Positions 18,056 through 28,130 of a DNA stretch of 64,000 nt are shown piece after piece; within the stretch, counting starts at the first letter, position 1, and the number at the start of each line of letters is the position of its first letter. Position numbers and translations under genes: made by a program. Below the pieces are notes generated by a model. That model ran no database searches. It saw nothing but the letters and a program-made list of their open reading frames with translations, and was not told the origin of the DNA. Source of the stretch: an uncultured Verrucomicrobiae bacterium (GTDB lineage Bacteria > Verrucomicrobiota > Verrucomicrobiia > Chthoniobacterales > JAFAMB01); contig CAWIPH010000002.1 of the NCBI GenBank assembly GCA_963837955.1, forward strand, positions 2,464,001 to 2,528,000, given 5' to 3'.

Positions 18056-19039
18056 CTACCAGCGTTGATGGACCAGCGCGCGAATCTGATTTTGATAGAG
18101 CTGCGTGAGAGACTCCATTTGGGAAGGGGCTAGCTCTGGTAGCCCCGCGGCCTTAATATTCTCGAGGACCTGGTGCTCATTTCTCGCGCCCGGAATGACA
18201 CAACTCACTTCCGGATGCTCCAGGATCCAGCGCAGCGCGAAGCTCGCCATGTTCACATTGGCTGGAACAATCTTACGAACCTTCTCAACCGCATCCAATG
18301 CAACATCCAGATCGACGCCGGAAAAGGTTTCGCCTCGATCAAATTGCTCGCCGTGCCGATTGTAGCTGCGGTGATCGTCGGATGCGAACTGAGTTTGCTT
18401 CGTAATTTTGCCGCCCAATAAGCCGCTGGCCAAGGGGAGTCGGACAAGGATTCCTACATCGCGCTTTTGGGCGAGTGAAAAAAACAACTCTTTCGGCCGT
18501 TGTCGAAAAATGTTGAAGATGATCTGAACCGTGGCGATGCCCGGGAACTCGGTCGCCTTGATTGCTTCTTCGATCTTTTCCACGCTGACGCCGTAATGAA
18601 GTAATTTGCCAGCCTGCTTAAGGGCATCAAGAGCCTCGAAAACTTCGGGCCGATAGTAGACGTCGGTTGGCGGACAGTGAAGTTGTACCAGGTCCAACGC
18701 GTCACGCTTCAGATTGGTCAAACTTCTTTCGACGAATGCGGTGAGGTTCTTTTTGTTGTACCCATCCGCCGTATGAGGTTGAAGGCGGCGGCCGGCTTTG
18801 GTCGCAACGTACACTTTTTCGCGACGCTTACCTAGCACCTCTGCGATCAGGCGTTCGCTTCTCCCGTCACCATATACGTCCGCGGTATCAAAAAAGTTGA
18901 TTCCGTTGTCGATTGCGGTCTCCAGAAGCTTTACGGCGTCTTGTTCAGAAACGGAGCCCCACGATGCGCCGATCTGCCAAGTGCCCAAACTGACTTCTGA
19001 AACTTCAAAGCCTGTCTTGCCAAGTTTACGGTATTTCAT
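18056..19039 (-). CDS. Aldo/keto reductase
   Basis: LGTWQIG, FFDTADVYGDGRSE, VATKAG, DLVQLH, PLASGLL, VIPGA. Confidence 0.95.
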   Translation of the reverse strand: MKYRKLGKTGFEVSEVSLGTWQIGASWGSVSEQDAVKLLETAIDNGINFFDTADVYGDGRSERLIAEVLGKRREKVYVATKAGRRLQPHTADGYNKKNLTAFVERSLTNLKRDALDLVQLHCPPTDVYYRPEVFEALDALKQAGKLLHYGVSVEKIEEAIKATEFPGIATVQIIFNIFRQRPKELFFSLAQKRDVGILVRLPLASGLLGGKITKQTQFASDDHRSYNRHGEQFDRGETFSGVDLDVALDAVEKVRKIVPANVNMASFALRWILEHPEVSCVIPGARNEHQVLENIKAAGLPELAPSQMESLTQLYQNQIRALVHQRW

Positions 19040-19357
19040 TGATGAATGATAAAATGTTTTGGTCCGCGGTACTGGTTGATGATCTTCTGAAACACCGTCT
19101 GGTGCAAAAGTAAAGCACCCCAGTCGTAGATTTGCGCCCTTGCAACGTGTCTCGTGATGAGGAAGAGGGCCGTAAACAAATCAGCATCGTTCCTCAGCGC
19201 CGACCTGACTGCCAAAGCCTCTGTTGCAAAGTTGCGGCGGATTTCTGCGAAGTCCTGTCTCGCGCTTTCAGCGCTTGCGCGCCTGTTATTCCCTGTTCCT
19301 AGGGCTTCTCCCTAGGCTATCTTGAAACACGCCTTCGGCGCTAGGGCCACCACGGTT

Positions 19358-20152
19358 CTACTCCCGTCTTGAAATGATTTCTCCAACTAATCCCGAGGAT
19401 AGGAATCCCCCGTCCACAGCAATGGATTGTCCCGTGATATAATCGGCCGCGGGCAGGCACAGGAATGAAACCAATCCGGCCACGTCATGCGGTTCTCCGA
19501 TACGACCAAGGGGTGTGCGTCCGAGAATACCGTTTCGCAGGTTTTCATTTGTAAGAAGTTTCTCGGTCAGGTCGGTCTTAATGAAACCTGGGGCGACTAA
19601 GTTGACCCGGATTTTGTCCGGAGCCCATTCTACCGCCAGGATTCGAGTCAGCTGCGATAGAGCAGCTTTCAGTGAACCATATATCGAGCCGGTCCCGACG
19701 GCGACCTGACCAGCCACTGATCCAATATTGACGATCGAGGAGCCGTGAGCTGCTTTTAAGTACGGATGCAGAATTCGCGAAAGTTCCCAGATCGAGCCAA
19801 AATTCGTGCGCATAAGGTGGTCGAAATCCTCAGAATCGTAATCGACGGTTTGCTTGCGAATATTGGTACCCACATTATTAATCAGAACGTGCAGCGGCGC
19901 AGACCGATTCTCGGCCCAATGTTTGATGGTACGGAGACCTGTCGGCGTGCTCACGTCAGCCGTGACACCATCCAGTTTGAGGCTTTTCAGCGCCGCGTCG
20001 CGCTGAAACCGATCAATGTCATTCTTTTGCCGGGCGACAATGGTCACTTTGGCGCCAAGCTCCATCAGTTCTTCGGCCGCGGCGCGGCCGATGCCGCGAG
20101 TTCCTCCGACCACCAAGGCACTACGATCGTTTAAATTCCAGCGTTCACTCAT
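19358..20152 (-). CDS. SDR family oxidoreductase (tropinone reductase-like)
   Basis: GGTRGIG, LINNVGTNIRK, catalytic YGSLK, YITGQSIAVDGG. Confidence 0.93.
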   Translation of the reverse strand: MSERWNLNDRSALVVGGTRGIGRAAAEELMELGAKVTIVARQKNDIDRFQRDAALKSLKLDGVTADVSTPTGLRTIKHWAENRSAPLHVLINNVGTNIRKQTVDYDSEDFDHLMRTNFGSIWELSRILHPYLKAAHGSSIVNIGSVAGQVAVGTGSIYGSLKAALSQLTRILAVEWAPDKIRVNLVAPGFIKTDLTEKLLTNENLRNGILGRTPLGRIGEPHDVAGLVSFLCLPAADYITGQSIAVDGGFLSSGLVGEIISRRE

Positions 20153-20222
20153 AGTCTAAATTAGGCTCTACTGGTTCCTAGTATTTCGTTAGTTCCCCCG
20201 GGAAGAAGCACCAAACGAATAT

Positions 20223-20720
20223 ATGCGTAAATCATTTGCTGATCTTGAAGAGCGAGAAATCCTCGCGTTGGCCATTGCTCTGGAAGAAGAGGATAGCCGT
20301 ATTTACAGAGATTTTAGCGAGAGAATGAAAGAGAAGAACCCTGAGACTGCGTCAATTCTACAGACCATGTGCGAACAGGAATCTTCTCATCGCGATCGAT
20401 TGACGGAGCTGTATCAGCTCCGATTTGGCGATCACATTCCGCTGGTTCGAAGACAAGATGTAAAAGGCTTTATCAAGAGAAAACCGATTTGGTTGAGCCG
20501 AATCTTGCGACCGCGACGTGTGCTCAGCGAAGTTATGGCTATGGAAGCGGAATCGCGGCGCTTTTATCAGGATGCGCTCAATAGAGTGAAATCAGCCGAA
20601 ACTCGTAAGCTGCTGAGCGAGCTAGCCGAAGCCGAAGAAGATCATCAGGACATCCTGGTCGAAAAGTGGAAAGAGAAAAAGAAATCGGGCGCTCTTTCCA
20701 AGGAAGAAGCAGCCCGATAA
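20223..20720 (+). CDS. Ferritin/rubrerythrin-like di-iron protein equal to the N-terminal domain of MbfA (no VIT1/CCC1 domain)
   Basis: ILALAIALEEED, EQESSH, RFGDHIPLVRRQDVKGF, LAEAEEDH; ends at EEAAR. Confidence 0.82.
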   Translation: MRKSFADLEEREILALAIALEEEDSRIYRDFSERMKEKNPETASILQTMCEQESSHRDRLTELYQLRFGDHIPLVRRQDVKGFIKRKPIWLSRILRPRRVLSEVMAMEAESRRFYQDALNRVKSAETRKLLSELAEAEEDHQDILVEKWKEKKKSGALSKEEAAR

Positions 20721-20727
20721 ACCGGCC

Positions 20728-21714
20728 TCAGACCGTCACGACAATCTTTCCGACATGTTCGTTTGATTCCATGTAGCGGTGCGCCTCAACGATTTCGCCG
20801 AGCGCAAATGTTTTGGCGATAATTGGTCTGAAAGTGCCATCGGCTAGTTTGTCGGTGATGAACTTTTTGGCGCGACCGAAATGTTCCGGAGCGGAGAGTA
20901 TCTCGGAAACCCGGAACCCGCGAATATTGAGCCCCTTGCCAATCGCCGCGAATAAAGGGTAGGGAGTCGGTTCAGGATCTAAGGCACCGTATTCCAGGAT
21001 GATCGCGTATTCTCCGGCAGCTTTGGCCAGAGTCTCCAGACCGGGACCAGCGACCGGATCAAAAGCGAGCGCGAATCCTTTTCCACCGGTGATTTCCTGG
21101 ATTCGCTGAACGAGATCTTCATTCTTGGTGTTGACCACAAAATCAGCGCCGGCGTCGGATAGAGCGGAGGCTTTTGCTTTGCTCCGGGTTGTGGCGATGG
21201 AAATGGCTCCAAGCGCTTTGGCGATCTGAATCGCAGCCAATCCTACGCTGCTGGCAGCCGCGGTGATGAGCAGATGCTGTCCTTTCTTCAATCCGCCGAT
21301 TTCAACCACACCGTATGCAGTGAAATATTGCATCCAGATTGCCGCTCCTTCCACCGGCGAAAGATTTGCCGGATAGGGAGCCAACGCATGCGCTGGCAGG
21401 ACCACGTATTCGCCGTAAGTGCCGTACTTCGTCATCAGGAATGAAGGAATCGAACTGACTCGATCACCCGGTTTAAGCCCAGTTACTCCTGGGCCGACTG
21501 CCTCAATGATTCCGGAGGCTTCGTAGCCGAGCAATGACGGAAAGTGTGGCTGTTCCAGGTATTGCCCCATACGGAACATAACCTCGGCCCGATTCAAACC
21601 GATCGCCTCGACTTTCAGCAGGACCTCTCCTTCTTTAGGCTGCGGTTTGGGAAGCTCTTCGATTTTCAGCACACTGGCATCACCGACCTCGTGGAAACGA
21701 ACGACCTTAGGCAT
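20728..21714 (-). CDS. MDR family NADPH:quinone oxidoreductase-like protein
   Basis: IGLNRAE, LGYEASG, TAAASSVGLAAIQ, AHRYMESNEHVGKIV. Confidence 0.92.
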   Translation of the reverse strand: MPKVVRFHEVGDASVLKIEELPKPQPKEGEVLLKVEAIGLNRAEVMFRMGQYLEQPHFPSLLGYEASGIIEAVGPGVTGLKPGDRVSSIPSFLMTKYGTYGEYVVLPAHALAPYPANLSPVEGAAIWMQYFTAYGVVEIGGLKKGQHLLITAAASSVGLAAIQIAKALGAISIATTRSKAKASALSDAGADFVVNTKNEDLVQRIQEITGGKGFALAFDPVAGPGLETLAKAAGEYAIILEYGALDPEPTPYPLFAAIGKGLNIRGFRVSEILSAPEHFGRAKKFITDKLADGTFRPIIAKTFALGEIVEAHRYMESNEHVGKIVVTV

Positions 21715-21790
21715 AGTTTGAGTTGCGCTCCTCTCATCAGGATAGAGAGCGTTGATTGGTCGTCAAAATGTGAACCGACGAAGGCAATGT

Positions 21791-21935
21791 GATTGGTGAG
21801 AAGTGATTGGTGATTGGACCACGCCAGCGATCGCTAGGGCGTATTTTTGAGAAGTGAAAGTGAATGGTGGATGCCTATCGGTAGATCTTCGGCAGAAATC
21901 TCTGACCGCCCCTTTCACCAATCACCAATCACTAA
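21791..21935. repeat. Heptamer-flanked element (GTGATTG/CAATCAC arms, core GTGAATGGTGxATGCCxATCG...CGGCAGAAATCTC)
   Basis: Homologous to 4114-4199 (reverse complement) and 51663-51720; short arm also at 44415-44435. Confidence 0.75.
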
Positions 21936-21957
21936 CGCTCGTGTGAGCCGCTCCGCC

Positions 21958-23046
21958 CTACCGACGCTGGCGGACCAGATCTCTGGTGATCGCAGTCAGC
22001 GTCGGACAACCACATAGCGCCATAGTCAGATCGAATTCTTGGCGCAACATCTCCAGAACTGACGTTACTCCTGATTCACCGGCCACCGAGAGCCCCCAGA
22101 GAATCGGGCGACCAACAAAAACCGCCCGTGCGCCGTACGCAAGCGCTTTGAGGACGTCGGTTCCCCGTCTCACGCCGCCATCAATGTAAAGCTCGACCTT
22201 TCCGGCCACCGCATCGGCTATCTCGGGCAAAACTGAAATAGTGGCTGGCGTCGTGTCGAGTTGTCGCGCGCCGTGGTTTGACACGATGATACCAGAGACC
22301 CCATGTTCGATGGCGAGCAAAGCGTCATCGGCGCGCAGGATACCTTTCACCAGCACCGGCAGTTTTGTTATACCGGCGAGCCATTCGATATCTTTCCAGG
22401 TTAAGGCAGGATCATAGAGAGAAGCTAGATCGACGAGCGCGGAGCCGGCCATACCATCCGCAATCTTATGCAGGCAGGCCGGAGGAAGGTTTTTCAGCGA
22501 AAGGTTATCCGGCAGTTTGAATGGATTGCGGGCGTCCCGGTCACGCCTACCAAGCACTGGCGAATCGACCGTAAGGATGATGGCCTTGCAACCTGCAGCT
22601 TCCGCGCGCTTCACCAGCGCCGCGCTAATCGCTTTATCCTTGAATACATAGATTTGGAACCAGACCGGCCCGGTGGCAACCGCTAAGACCTCTTCGATAG
22701 AGGAAGTCGCGTTCGTACTCAGTGTCATCAAGGTCTCTGCGGCACCAGCCGCTTTCGCAGTCGCGACTTCTCCTTCGGGATGCGCCAGGCACTGAAATGC
22801 CATGGGCGCAATCAGAATCGGCATGGAGACGGGCTCGCCTAAAACGGTCGTATCCATTTTCCGGATACTTACGTCTACCAGCACACGGGGAAGTAAAGTT
22901 ATTCGCTCGTAAGCGGCCCGGTTCTCGCGCAACGTGACTTCATCGCCGGAGCCACCCGCGTAGAAGTCGTAGGCCGTTTGCGACAACAACCTTTGAGCCC
23001 GCCCTTCCAATTCCAGGAGATTGACCGCGTGAATCTTGTCATTCAT
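21958..23046 (-). CDS. FMN-dependent alpha-hydroxy-acid oxidase (glycolate/lactate oxidase family)
   Basis: AGGSGDEVTLREN, WFQIY, LVKGIL, VSNHGARQLD, DGGVRRGTDVLKALA, GRP. Confidence 0.95.
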   Translation of the reverse strand: MNDKIHAVNLLELEGRAQRLLSQTAYDFYAGGSGDEVTLRENRAAYERITLLPRVLVDVSIRKMDTTVLGEPVSMPILIAPMAFQCLAHPEGEVATAKAAGAAETLMTLSTNATSSIEEVLAVATGPVWFQIYVFKDKAISAALVKRAEAAGCKAIILTVDSPVLGRRDRDARNPFKLPDNLSLKNLPPACLHKIADGMAGSALVDLASLYDPALTWKDIEWLAGITKLPVLVKGILRADDALLAIEHGVSGIIVSNHGARQLDTTPATISVLPEIADAVAGKVELYIDGGVRRGTDVLKALAYGARAVFVGRPILWGLSVAGESGVTSVLEMLRQEFDLTMALCGCPTLTAITRDLVRQRR

Positions 23047-23110
23047 GAGTTATTTTTCAGGACTCGCCAATCTGACCGCGAGACGAATGCTTTCCATCAA
23101 AAAGTTCACT

Positions 23111-24799
23111 ATGCCATCTTCAAGCAAAGTTAAGGTTCCCGTCGGACTCCGGGGGATGGATCTCCTCGATACGCCGATTTGGAACAAAGGCACGGCGTTC
23201 GATGATCATGAGCGGGCGACGTTTGGCCTGCATGGGCTCTTGCCTCCGCGGGTTGAGTCCCTCGAGGAACAATCAACCCGCGCTTACGAGGCGTTTAAGC
23301 CAAAGACAACCGATCTCGAACGCCACATCTATTTGCGTCAGCTACAGGATACGAACGAAACCCTCTTCTATCGTTTGATGCTGGATCACGTAGAGGAGAT
23401 GATGCCGATCGTCTACACGCCGACGGTCGGCCTAGCCTGTCAGCAGTTCAGTCACATCTATCGACGGCCCCGCGGACTCATCGTTTCCTACCCGTTGCGG
23501 GACTCGATCGCGGAAATCCTGCGAAACCGTCCTTATCAAGAGGTAGGCGTCATCGTAGTGACTGACGGTGAGCGCATCCTAGGCCTGGGCGATCAAGGAG
23601 TGGGTGGGTTAGGCATTCCAATCGGCAAGCTTTCGCTCTATTCCTTGATTGGAGGCATTCATCCATCACGAACGCTCCCGATTATTCTCGATGTCGGCAC
23701 GAATAACGGACCGAAATTGAACGATCCGGAGTATCTCGGTTGGCGCCACGAGAGAGTCAGAGGGACCGAGTATCTGGATTTCGTGGACCGCTTTGTGCAG
23801 GCGGTGAAGCAGGAACTCCCTCAGACTTGTCTCCAGTGGGAAGATTTCGCAACGCCAAACGCCCGTCCGCTGTTGATGCGATATCAGGACCAATTACTGA
23901 CGTTCAATGACGATATCCAAGGGACCGCCGCAGTTGTTCTGGGAGCCATCGCTGGCGCCTCCAAGGTCGCCGGCAAACGCATCAGCGAACATGAGATAGT
24001 CTTCGTCGGTGCTGGTTCGGCCGCGATCGGCGTAGCAGACTACCTCCGGATCGCAATGGTCGAAGAAGGTCTTTCGGAGCAGGAAGCGCGGGCCCGCTTT
24101 TGGATCATCGATAAAGACGGATTACTAGATAGCGATCGCCGGGACCTTTCGGACGAGCAAAAGACTTACGCCAAACCTCGAAACGAGATCGCAGATTGGC
24201 CACACAATCAACAAGGTCAAATTGGATTAGCAGAAGTGATCGGCAAGGTAAACGCCACCGTGTTGATCGGCTTAACTACCGTCAAAGGTATTTTTACGGA
24301 ACCGATTGTTCGCGAGATGGCCAGAAAAACAGAGCGCCCAATTATCTTTCCGCTGTCGAATCCTACGAGCAATTCAGAGGCGGAACCGTCGGACCTCATA
24401 GCGTGGACAGAAGGTCGCGCACTCGTTGCCACGGGGTCGCCTTTCCCACCTGTGAAATACAGTGGGAGAAGCATCGAGATTGCCCAGTGCAACAATGTCT
24501 TCATATTCCCGGCGGTCGGTCTCGGTTTGGCGGCCTCACAGGCGCGAAGAGTGACCGATAGAATGATGCGTGCGGGAGCCAAAGCCCTGGGCGACAATTC
24601 TCCAGCGCTTAAAGATCCAAGCGCTTCACTGCTGCCACGGGTCGCAGCTATTCGGGACGTCGCGCGCGAGATCGCTTACGCCGTTGGAATGGAAGCACAA
24701 AAAGAGGGATTAGCCGTCACGAGTGAACCCGAGGAGTTCCGCCGGAAAGTTGTCCAAAGCCAGTGGACTCCAGAATACCTGCCTTACGAGGCTGGTTGA
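23111..24799 (+). CDS. maeA: NAD-dependent malic enzyme
   Basis: NKGTAF, PIVYTPTVG, VTDGERILGLGDQG, QWEDF, FNDDIQGT, GAGSA, FPLSNPT, QCNN. Probable start is ATG 23111. Confidence 0.95.
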   Translation: MPSSSKVKVPVGLRGMDLLDTPIWNKGTAFDDHERATFGLHGLLPPRVESLEEQSTRAYEAFKPKTTDLERHIYLRQLQDTNETLFYRLMLDHVEEMMPIVYTPTVGLACQQFSHIYRRPRGLIVSYPLRDSIAEILRNRPYQEVGVIVVTDGERILGLGDQGVGGLGIPIGKLSLYSLIGGIHPSRTLPIILDVGTNNGPKLNDPEYLGWRHERVRGTEYLDFVDRFVQAVKQELPQTCLQWEDFATPNARPLLMRYQDQLLTFNDDIQGTAAVVLGAIAGASKVAGKRISEHEIVFVGAGSAAIGVADYLRIAMVEEGLSEQEARARFWIIDKDGLLDSDRRDLSDEQKTYAKPRNEIADWPHNQQGQIGLAEVIGKVNATVLIGLTTVKGIFTEPIVREMARKTERPIIFPLSNPTSNSEAEPSDLIAWTEGRALVATGSPFPPVKYSGRSIEIAQCNNVFIFPAVGLGLAASQARRVTDRMMRAGAKALGDNSPALKDPSASLLPRVAAIRDVAREIAYAVGMEAQKEGLAVTSEPEEFRRKVVQSQWTPEYLPYEAG

Positions 24800-24846
24800 A
24801 CGAAACCCCAATTCGGCGCCAGGTATGCGGGCGGGACCGACGAAGT

Positions 24847-25818
24847 TTAGCCCATCGTGGTAGCGCCAGTCCGGAAGTCGCGGCGCTCGGTCAGAGGCCA
24901 GTGAATGGTCAACTCCGACGGGTAGGGCATGCTGTCCTGTGCTCCATGCCGCGAAAGGCTGAATGCCATTGCTTCGGCCGCTACCTGAGTCGCATACCAG
25001 AGATCACCGGTTAGTGCCAGCGCGATTGCCGCCCAAGTCGTCAGGCACTCCGCAGTACCAGCAGCCTGGACGAATTCTACGTGGGGGATCGCTCGACTCC
25101 GTATGCCACGCCCATCCGAAAAGGAAAGGGACTCGCTCCCATGCTTGACGATTACATTCTGTACCCCCCGGCGATGGATCTCTCGAATTGCAGCAGGAAG
25201 ATCGCTCTGCCCGGTCAACGACAGTGCTTCAAAATCGTCTTGCACCAATAGATAATAGAGGCCGTCCGGAAGATGCGTTGAAGGACCAACTGGAGAGGCG
25301 TGAACCACCAGGCGCTTACTGTGTCGAATGCAAAGGCGAAAAACCTCGAACATAGCCAGAGATCCGATTTCGAATTGAGTAAAGACCAGATCTGCCCGGC
25401 GAATCGCTGATTCGACTTGTGTTACCAGGCTGGCCGGGAAGTCATTATTAGCGGATTTCGCTACGAGAGCTGCGTGACCTCCGGGCATTCGCTCATGAAA
25501 TACGAGGGCTACCCCTGTCGTGGAAGATGGCAGCTCGATGAAATGAGAAATGTCGATGTGCTCACGAGCAAGCCGCTCCAGCGCCATTTTCCCGAACACC
25601 TCCGATCCATGCGCGCCGACAAATTTCACCTGACACCCAGCCCGCGCAGCCGCTACGGCACAGTTCGCTCCCCGACCGCCACAGAACATTTCGAATTCTC
25701 CGCCCAGAAGGGATTCGCCCTTGGCCGGAATCGTGTCACACCATACGACTAGATCCGTATTATAACTTCCGACAACGACGACGGACGGAACTGAGAACGT
25801 TTCTTGGGATAAGAGCAT
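24847..25818 (-). CDS. PfkB/ribokinase-like protein with a degenerate catalytic motif
   Basis: VVVVGSYNTDL and [15 protein letters not shown] are conserved; C-terminal DTTGAGD is replaced by QAAGTAE. Probable start is ATG 25818. Confidence 0.8.
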   Translation of the reverse strand: MLLSQETFSVPSVVVVGSYNTDLVVWCDTIPAKGESLLGGEFEMFCGGRGANCAVAAARAGCQVKFVGAHGSEVFGKMALERLAREHIDISHFIELPSSTTGVALVFHERMPGGHAALVAKSANNDFPASLVTQVESAIRRADLVFTQFEIGSLAMFEVFRLCIRHSKRLVVHASPVGPSTHLPDGLYYLLVQDDFEALSLTGQSDLPAAIREIHRRGVQNVIVKHGSESLSFSDGRGIRSRAIPHVEFVQAAGTAECLTTWAAIALALTGDLWYATQVAAEAMAFSLSRHGAQDSMPYPSELTIHWPLTERRDFRTGATTMG

Positions 25819-26069
25819 GAAAAAAGAACAGGGTCGATTTGGTCCGAGGCGAATTTCGGAAATGTTGGGATTCACGCCTGGGACAGCAATTACGTCAATG
25901 GACCGGAGCAACCCGGCTCAAGATTGCGTCGCCAGCGCACTAACGGCCGCTATCCAAACCCGGAAGCGGACCGCATCGCCAACACACAATGTCGGCCGAA
26001 TTACTCGGTAGTTCAATCGACAGTCTGCTGAATCCGAAAAAAACAGTGTTAGATTGGAATACAACTAAC

Positions 26070-26401
26070 GTGCCGCTATTGAAAGCGAGCGAACAGATCC
26101 GAAGTGCCGCGCTGAGTTGGTCCGGGGTGACGACCCAAGCTCATCGCTTTGGTGGCACCGAATATCGTTTGGGGCGGAGAGAGATTGGTCACGTGCACGG
26201 GGATTACCTCATAGATATCCCGTTCCCGAAGAGTGTCCGCAACGAACTCATAGCGGCGGGCTTGGCCGAGCCCCACCATATTCTCCCGAATAGTGGTTGG
26301 GTAAGTTTCTACATCAAGCGTGTGATCAGGTCGACCAAGCGATTGCTTTACTCCGCCGATCATATGATTTGGCGATTTCACGCAAAGCAGGTGTAAAGTA
26401 A
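26070..26401 (+). pseudogene. DUF5519/luciferase-like family protein with an apparent frameshift near 26320
   Basis: HRFGGTEY, REIGHVHGD, AEPHHILPNSGWVSFYI; the family-like tail DQVDQAIALLRRSYDLAISRKAGVK* continues in a shifted frame to TAA 26399-26401. Confidence 0.7.
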
Positions 26402-26658
26402 CGCAAGGGATTGGTTGATAGTGAGTTGAACCTGTGGGCTTGATGTATCTAATCGACCGACGTTCCGAGGCTCATCGGTCGGAGGGGCGTTGCTCGCGAC
26501 GCCCGGGAACAATCCAGCGTGCACCGAGGAATCGAGCCCAAGAAGCCGCATTCCGTTGTCCTAGTCATGGGTTGTTTCCGGGAGCCGGAAGCGGCTCCCC
26601 TCCGTTGTCAGGGTCGGTGCACGACTCCGGGTGAGGCTAAGGCGAGGAATGAATCGCT

Positions 26659-28053
26659 TTACCGCAATGTCCTGCGGCTTAAACCCGCCGCAAAAAGGAG
26701 GACCAAAGAGGTGAGACCGAGTGCGCAGGCTAATCCAGACGCTGGAGAAAGCGTTTGCATGATTGTCCCCAAAAGCGCAACGCCGATCGTACCGCCGACC
26801 TGGCGGGCCGAATTGAGTACGCCCGAAGCCAGGCCTGCGTTTTCCGGTGCAGAAGAGATCAGCACGCCAGCGGTCATTGCTGGCATGATTGCGCCCATGC
26901 TGATTCCGAGCACGCCGAGGCCGACTGGAACCGGCCACAACGCCGTGCTAAATGCGCCAGCAATGAGCACGGCGGATCCTACCGCAGCTAAGGCCAAACC
27001 GAAGGAGATGCGCGGACGCAAATAAGGACCTCCGTTCCTCTTGCCCAGTAGGCGGCTGGTAATGGTTGGAAGCAGGGTAAACGGTGTAATGATCAGCCCT
27101 GTCGCAAACGCCCCCATTCCTCGAGCGCTCTGCAGATAAACGGATTCTACGAAAAGGATTCCATACATGCTGAAGTTCAGAACGAAACCGACACCGATGC
27201 AGGCAGAAAACGTCAATTTCGAGAACAAGAAGCCAGGCAGTACTGGGTGATCACTCTGACGTTCCCAGACAACAAACAGACATAAGAAAAGTGCTGCGCC
27301 CGCTAGGGCAACAAGAACAACGGCATCATTCCAACCTCTGCGCCCGACTTCGATTAAGCCAAACGTCAGGGCCAGAAGGCCAAAGCCTATAGCCGATTGG
27401 CCGCGCCAGTCGACGCGACGCGGCTTGTCTACCTTCGATTCCTCGACGTAAAGATAGTTCAGGTAAAGCGCAACAATGCCGACCGGGACATTAATCCAGA
27501 AAATGCTCCGCCATCCCAACCAAGAAGTGAGGACGCCGCCCAGGACAGGTCCAGCCGCAAAGCCCAGACTGGCGGTGTTCGCCCAAACAGTTACCGCCTG
27601 GCCGCGTTCCTCCGCCTCCGGAAAGGCATGCGACAAGAGGGCCAGGGACGCCGGCAACATGATCGCTGCGCCCAGGCCTTGAATCGCCCGCGCAATGATC
27701 AGGCCGCCGAGCGAAGGTGAAATCGCTGAGATGAGAGATGTGACGGTAAAAAGAACCAAACCAATCTGATAAGAACGCTTAGATCCAGTTCGATCCCCGA
27801 TAGCGCCCGCGGCAAGTAACAAACTCGCAAATACCAGGGTGTAACTGTTGACGACCCATTGCAGATCGCTGATGCCATCTCCGAACTCTTTTCCCAGAGC
27901 CGGCGTCGCGATATTCAATGCGGTGGTATCCAGGAGGACCAGGAAAAAGCCAAAGCAAACGGCGAAGAGCGCGCGGTTTCCGGTACGGGCGGTGGACGGG
28001 CCGGCCGAAACTCGTCTGCTGTCCAGCTCTGTAATAGTTGGCTGCTTTACCAT
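26659..28053 (-). CDS. MFS transporter, DHA2 (EmrB/QacA) family
   Basis: LDTTALNIA, LQWVVNSYTL, GAIGDRTGSKR, ARAIQGLGAA, WRSIFWINVPVG, ARQVGGTIGVA; about 14 TM segments. Confidence 0.93.
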   Translation of the reverse strand: MVKQPTITELDSRRVSAGPSTARTGNRALFAVCFGFFLVLLDTTALNIATPALGKEFGDGISDLQWVVNSYTLVFASLLLAAGAIGDRTGSKRSYQIGLVLFTVTSLISAISPSLGGLIIARAIQGLGAAIMLPASLALLSHAFPEAEERGQAVTVWANTASLGFAAGPVLGGVLTSWLGWRSIFWINVPVGIVALYLNYLYVEESKVDKPRRVDWRGQSAIGFGLLALTFGLIEVGRRGWNDAVVLVALAGAALFLCLFVVWERQSDHPVLPGFLFSKLTFSACIGVGFVLNFSMYGILFVESVYLQSARGMGAFATGLIITPFTLLPTITSRLLGKRNGGPYLRPRISFGLALAAVGSAVLIAGAFSTALWPVPVGLGVLGISMGAIMPAMTAGVLISSAPENAGLASGVLNSARQVGGTIGVALLGTIMQTLSPASGLACALGLTSLVLLFAAGLSRRTLR

Positions 28054-28110
28054 GAGCCGACCGTAAACGGGTTGCAATCATCTTGGGAAATGATTCTTTC
28101 GTATAGCGGG

Positions 28111-28127
28111 CATCTGCTATAGTGATG
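28111..28127. promoter_or_regulatory. LysR-type box (ATC-N9-GAT, T-N11-A) between the divergent MFS and LysR genes
   Basis: catctgctatagtgatg, directly upstream of the LysR start; the classical autoregulatory position. Confidence 0.6.
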
Positions 28128-28130
28128 GCT

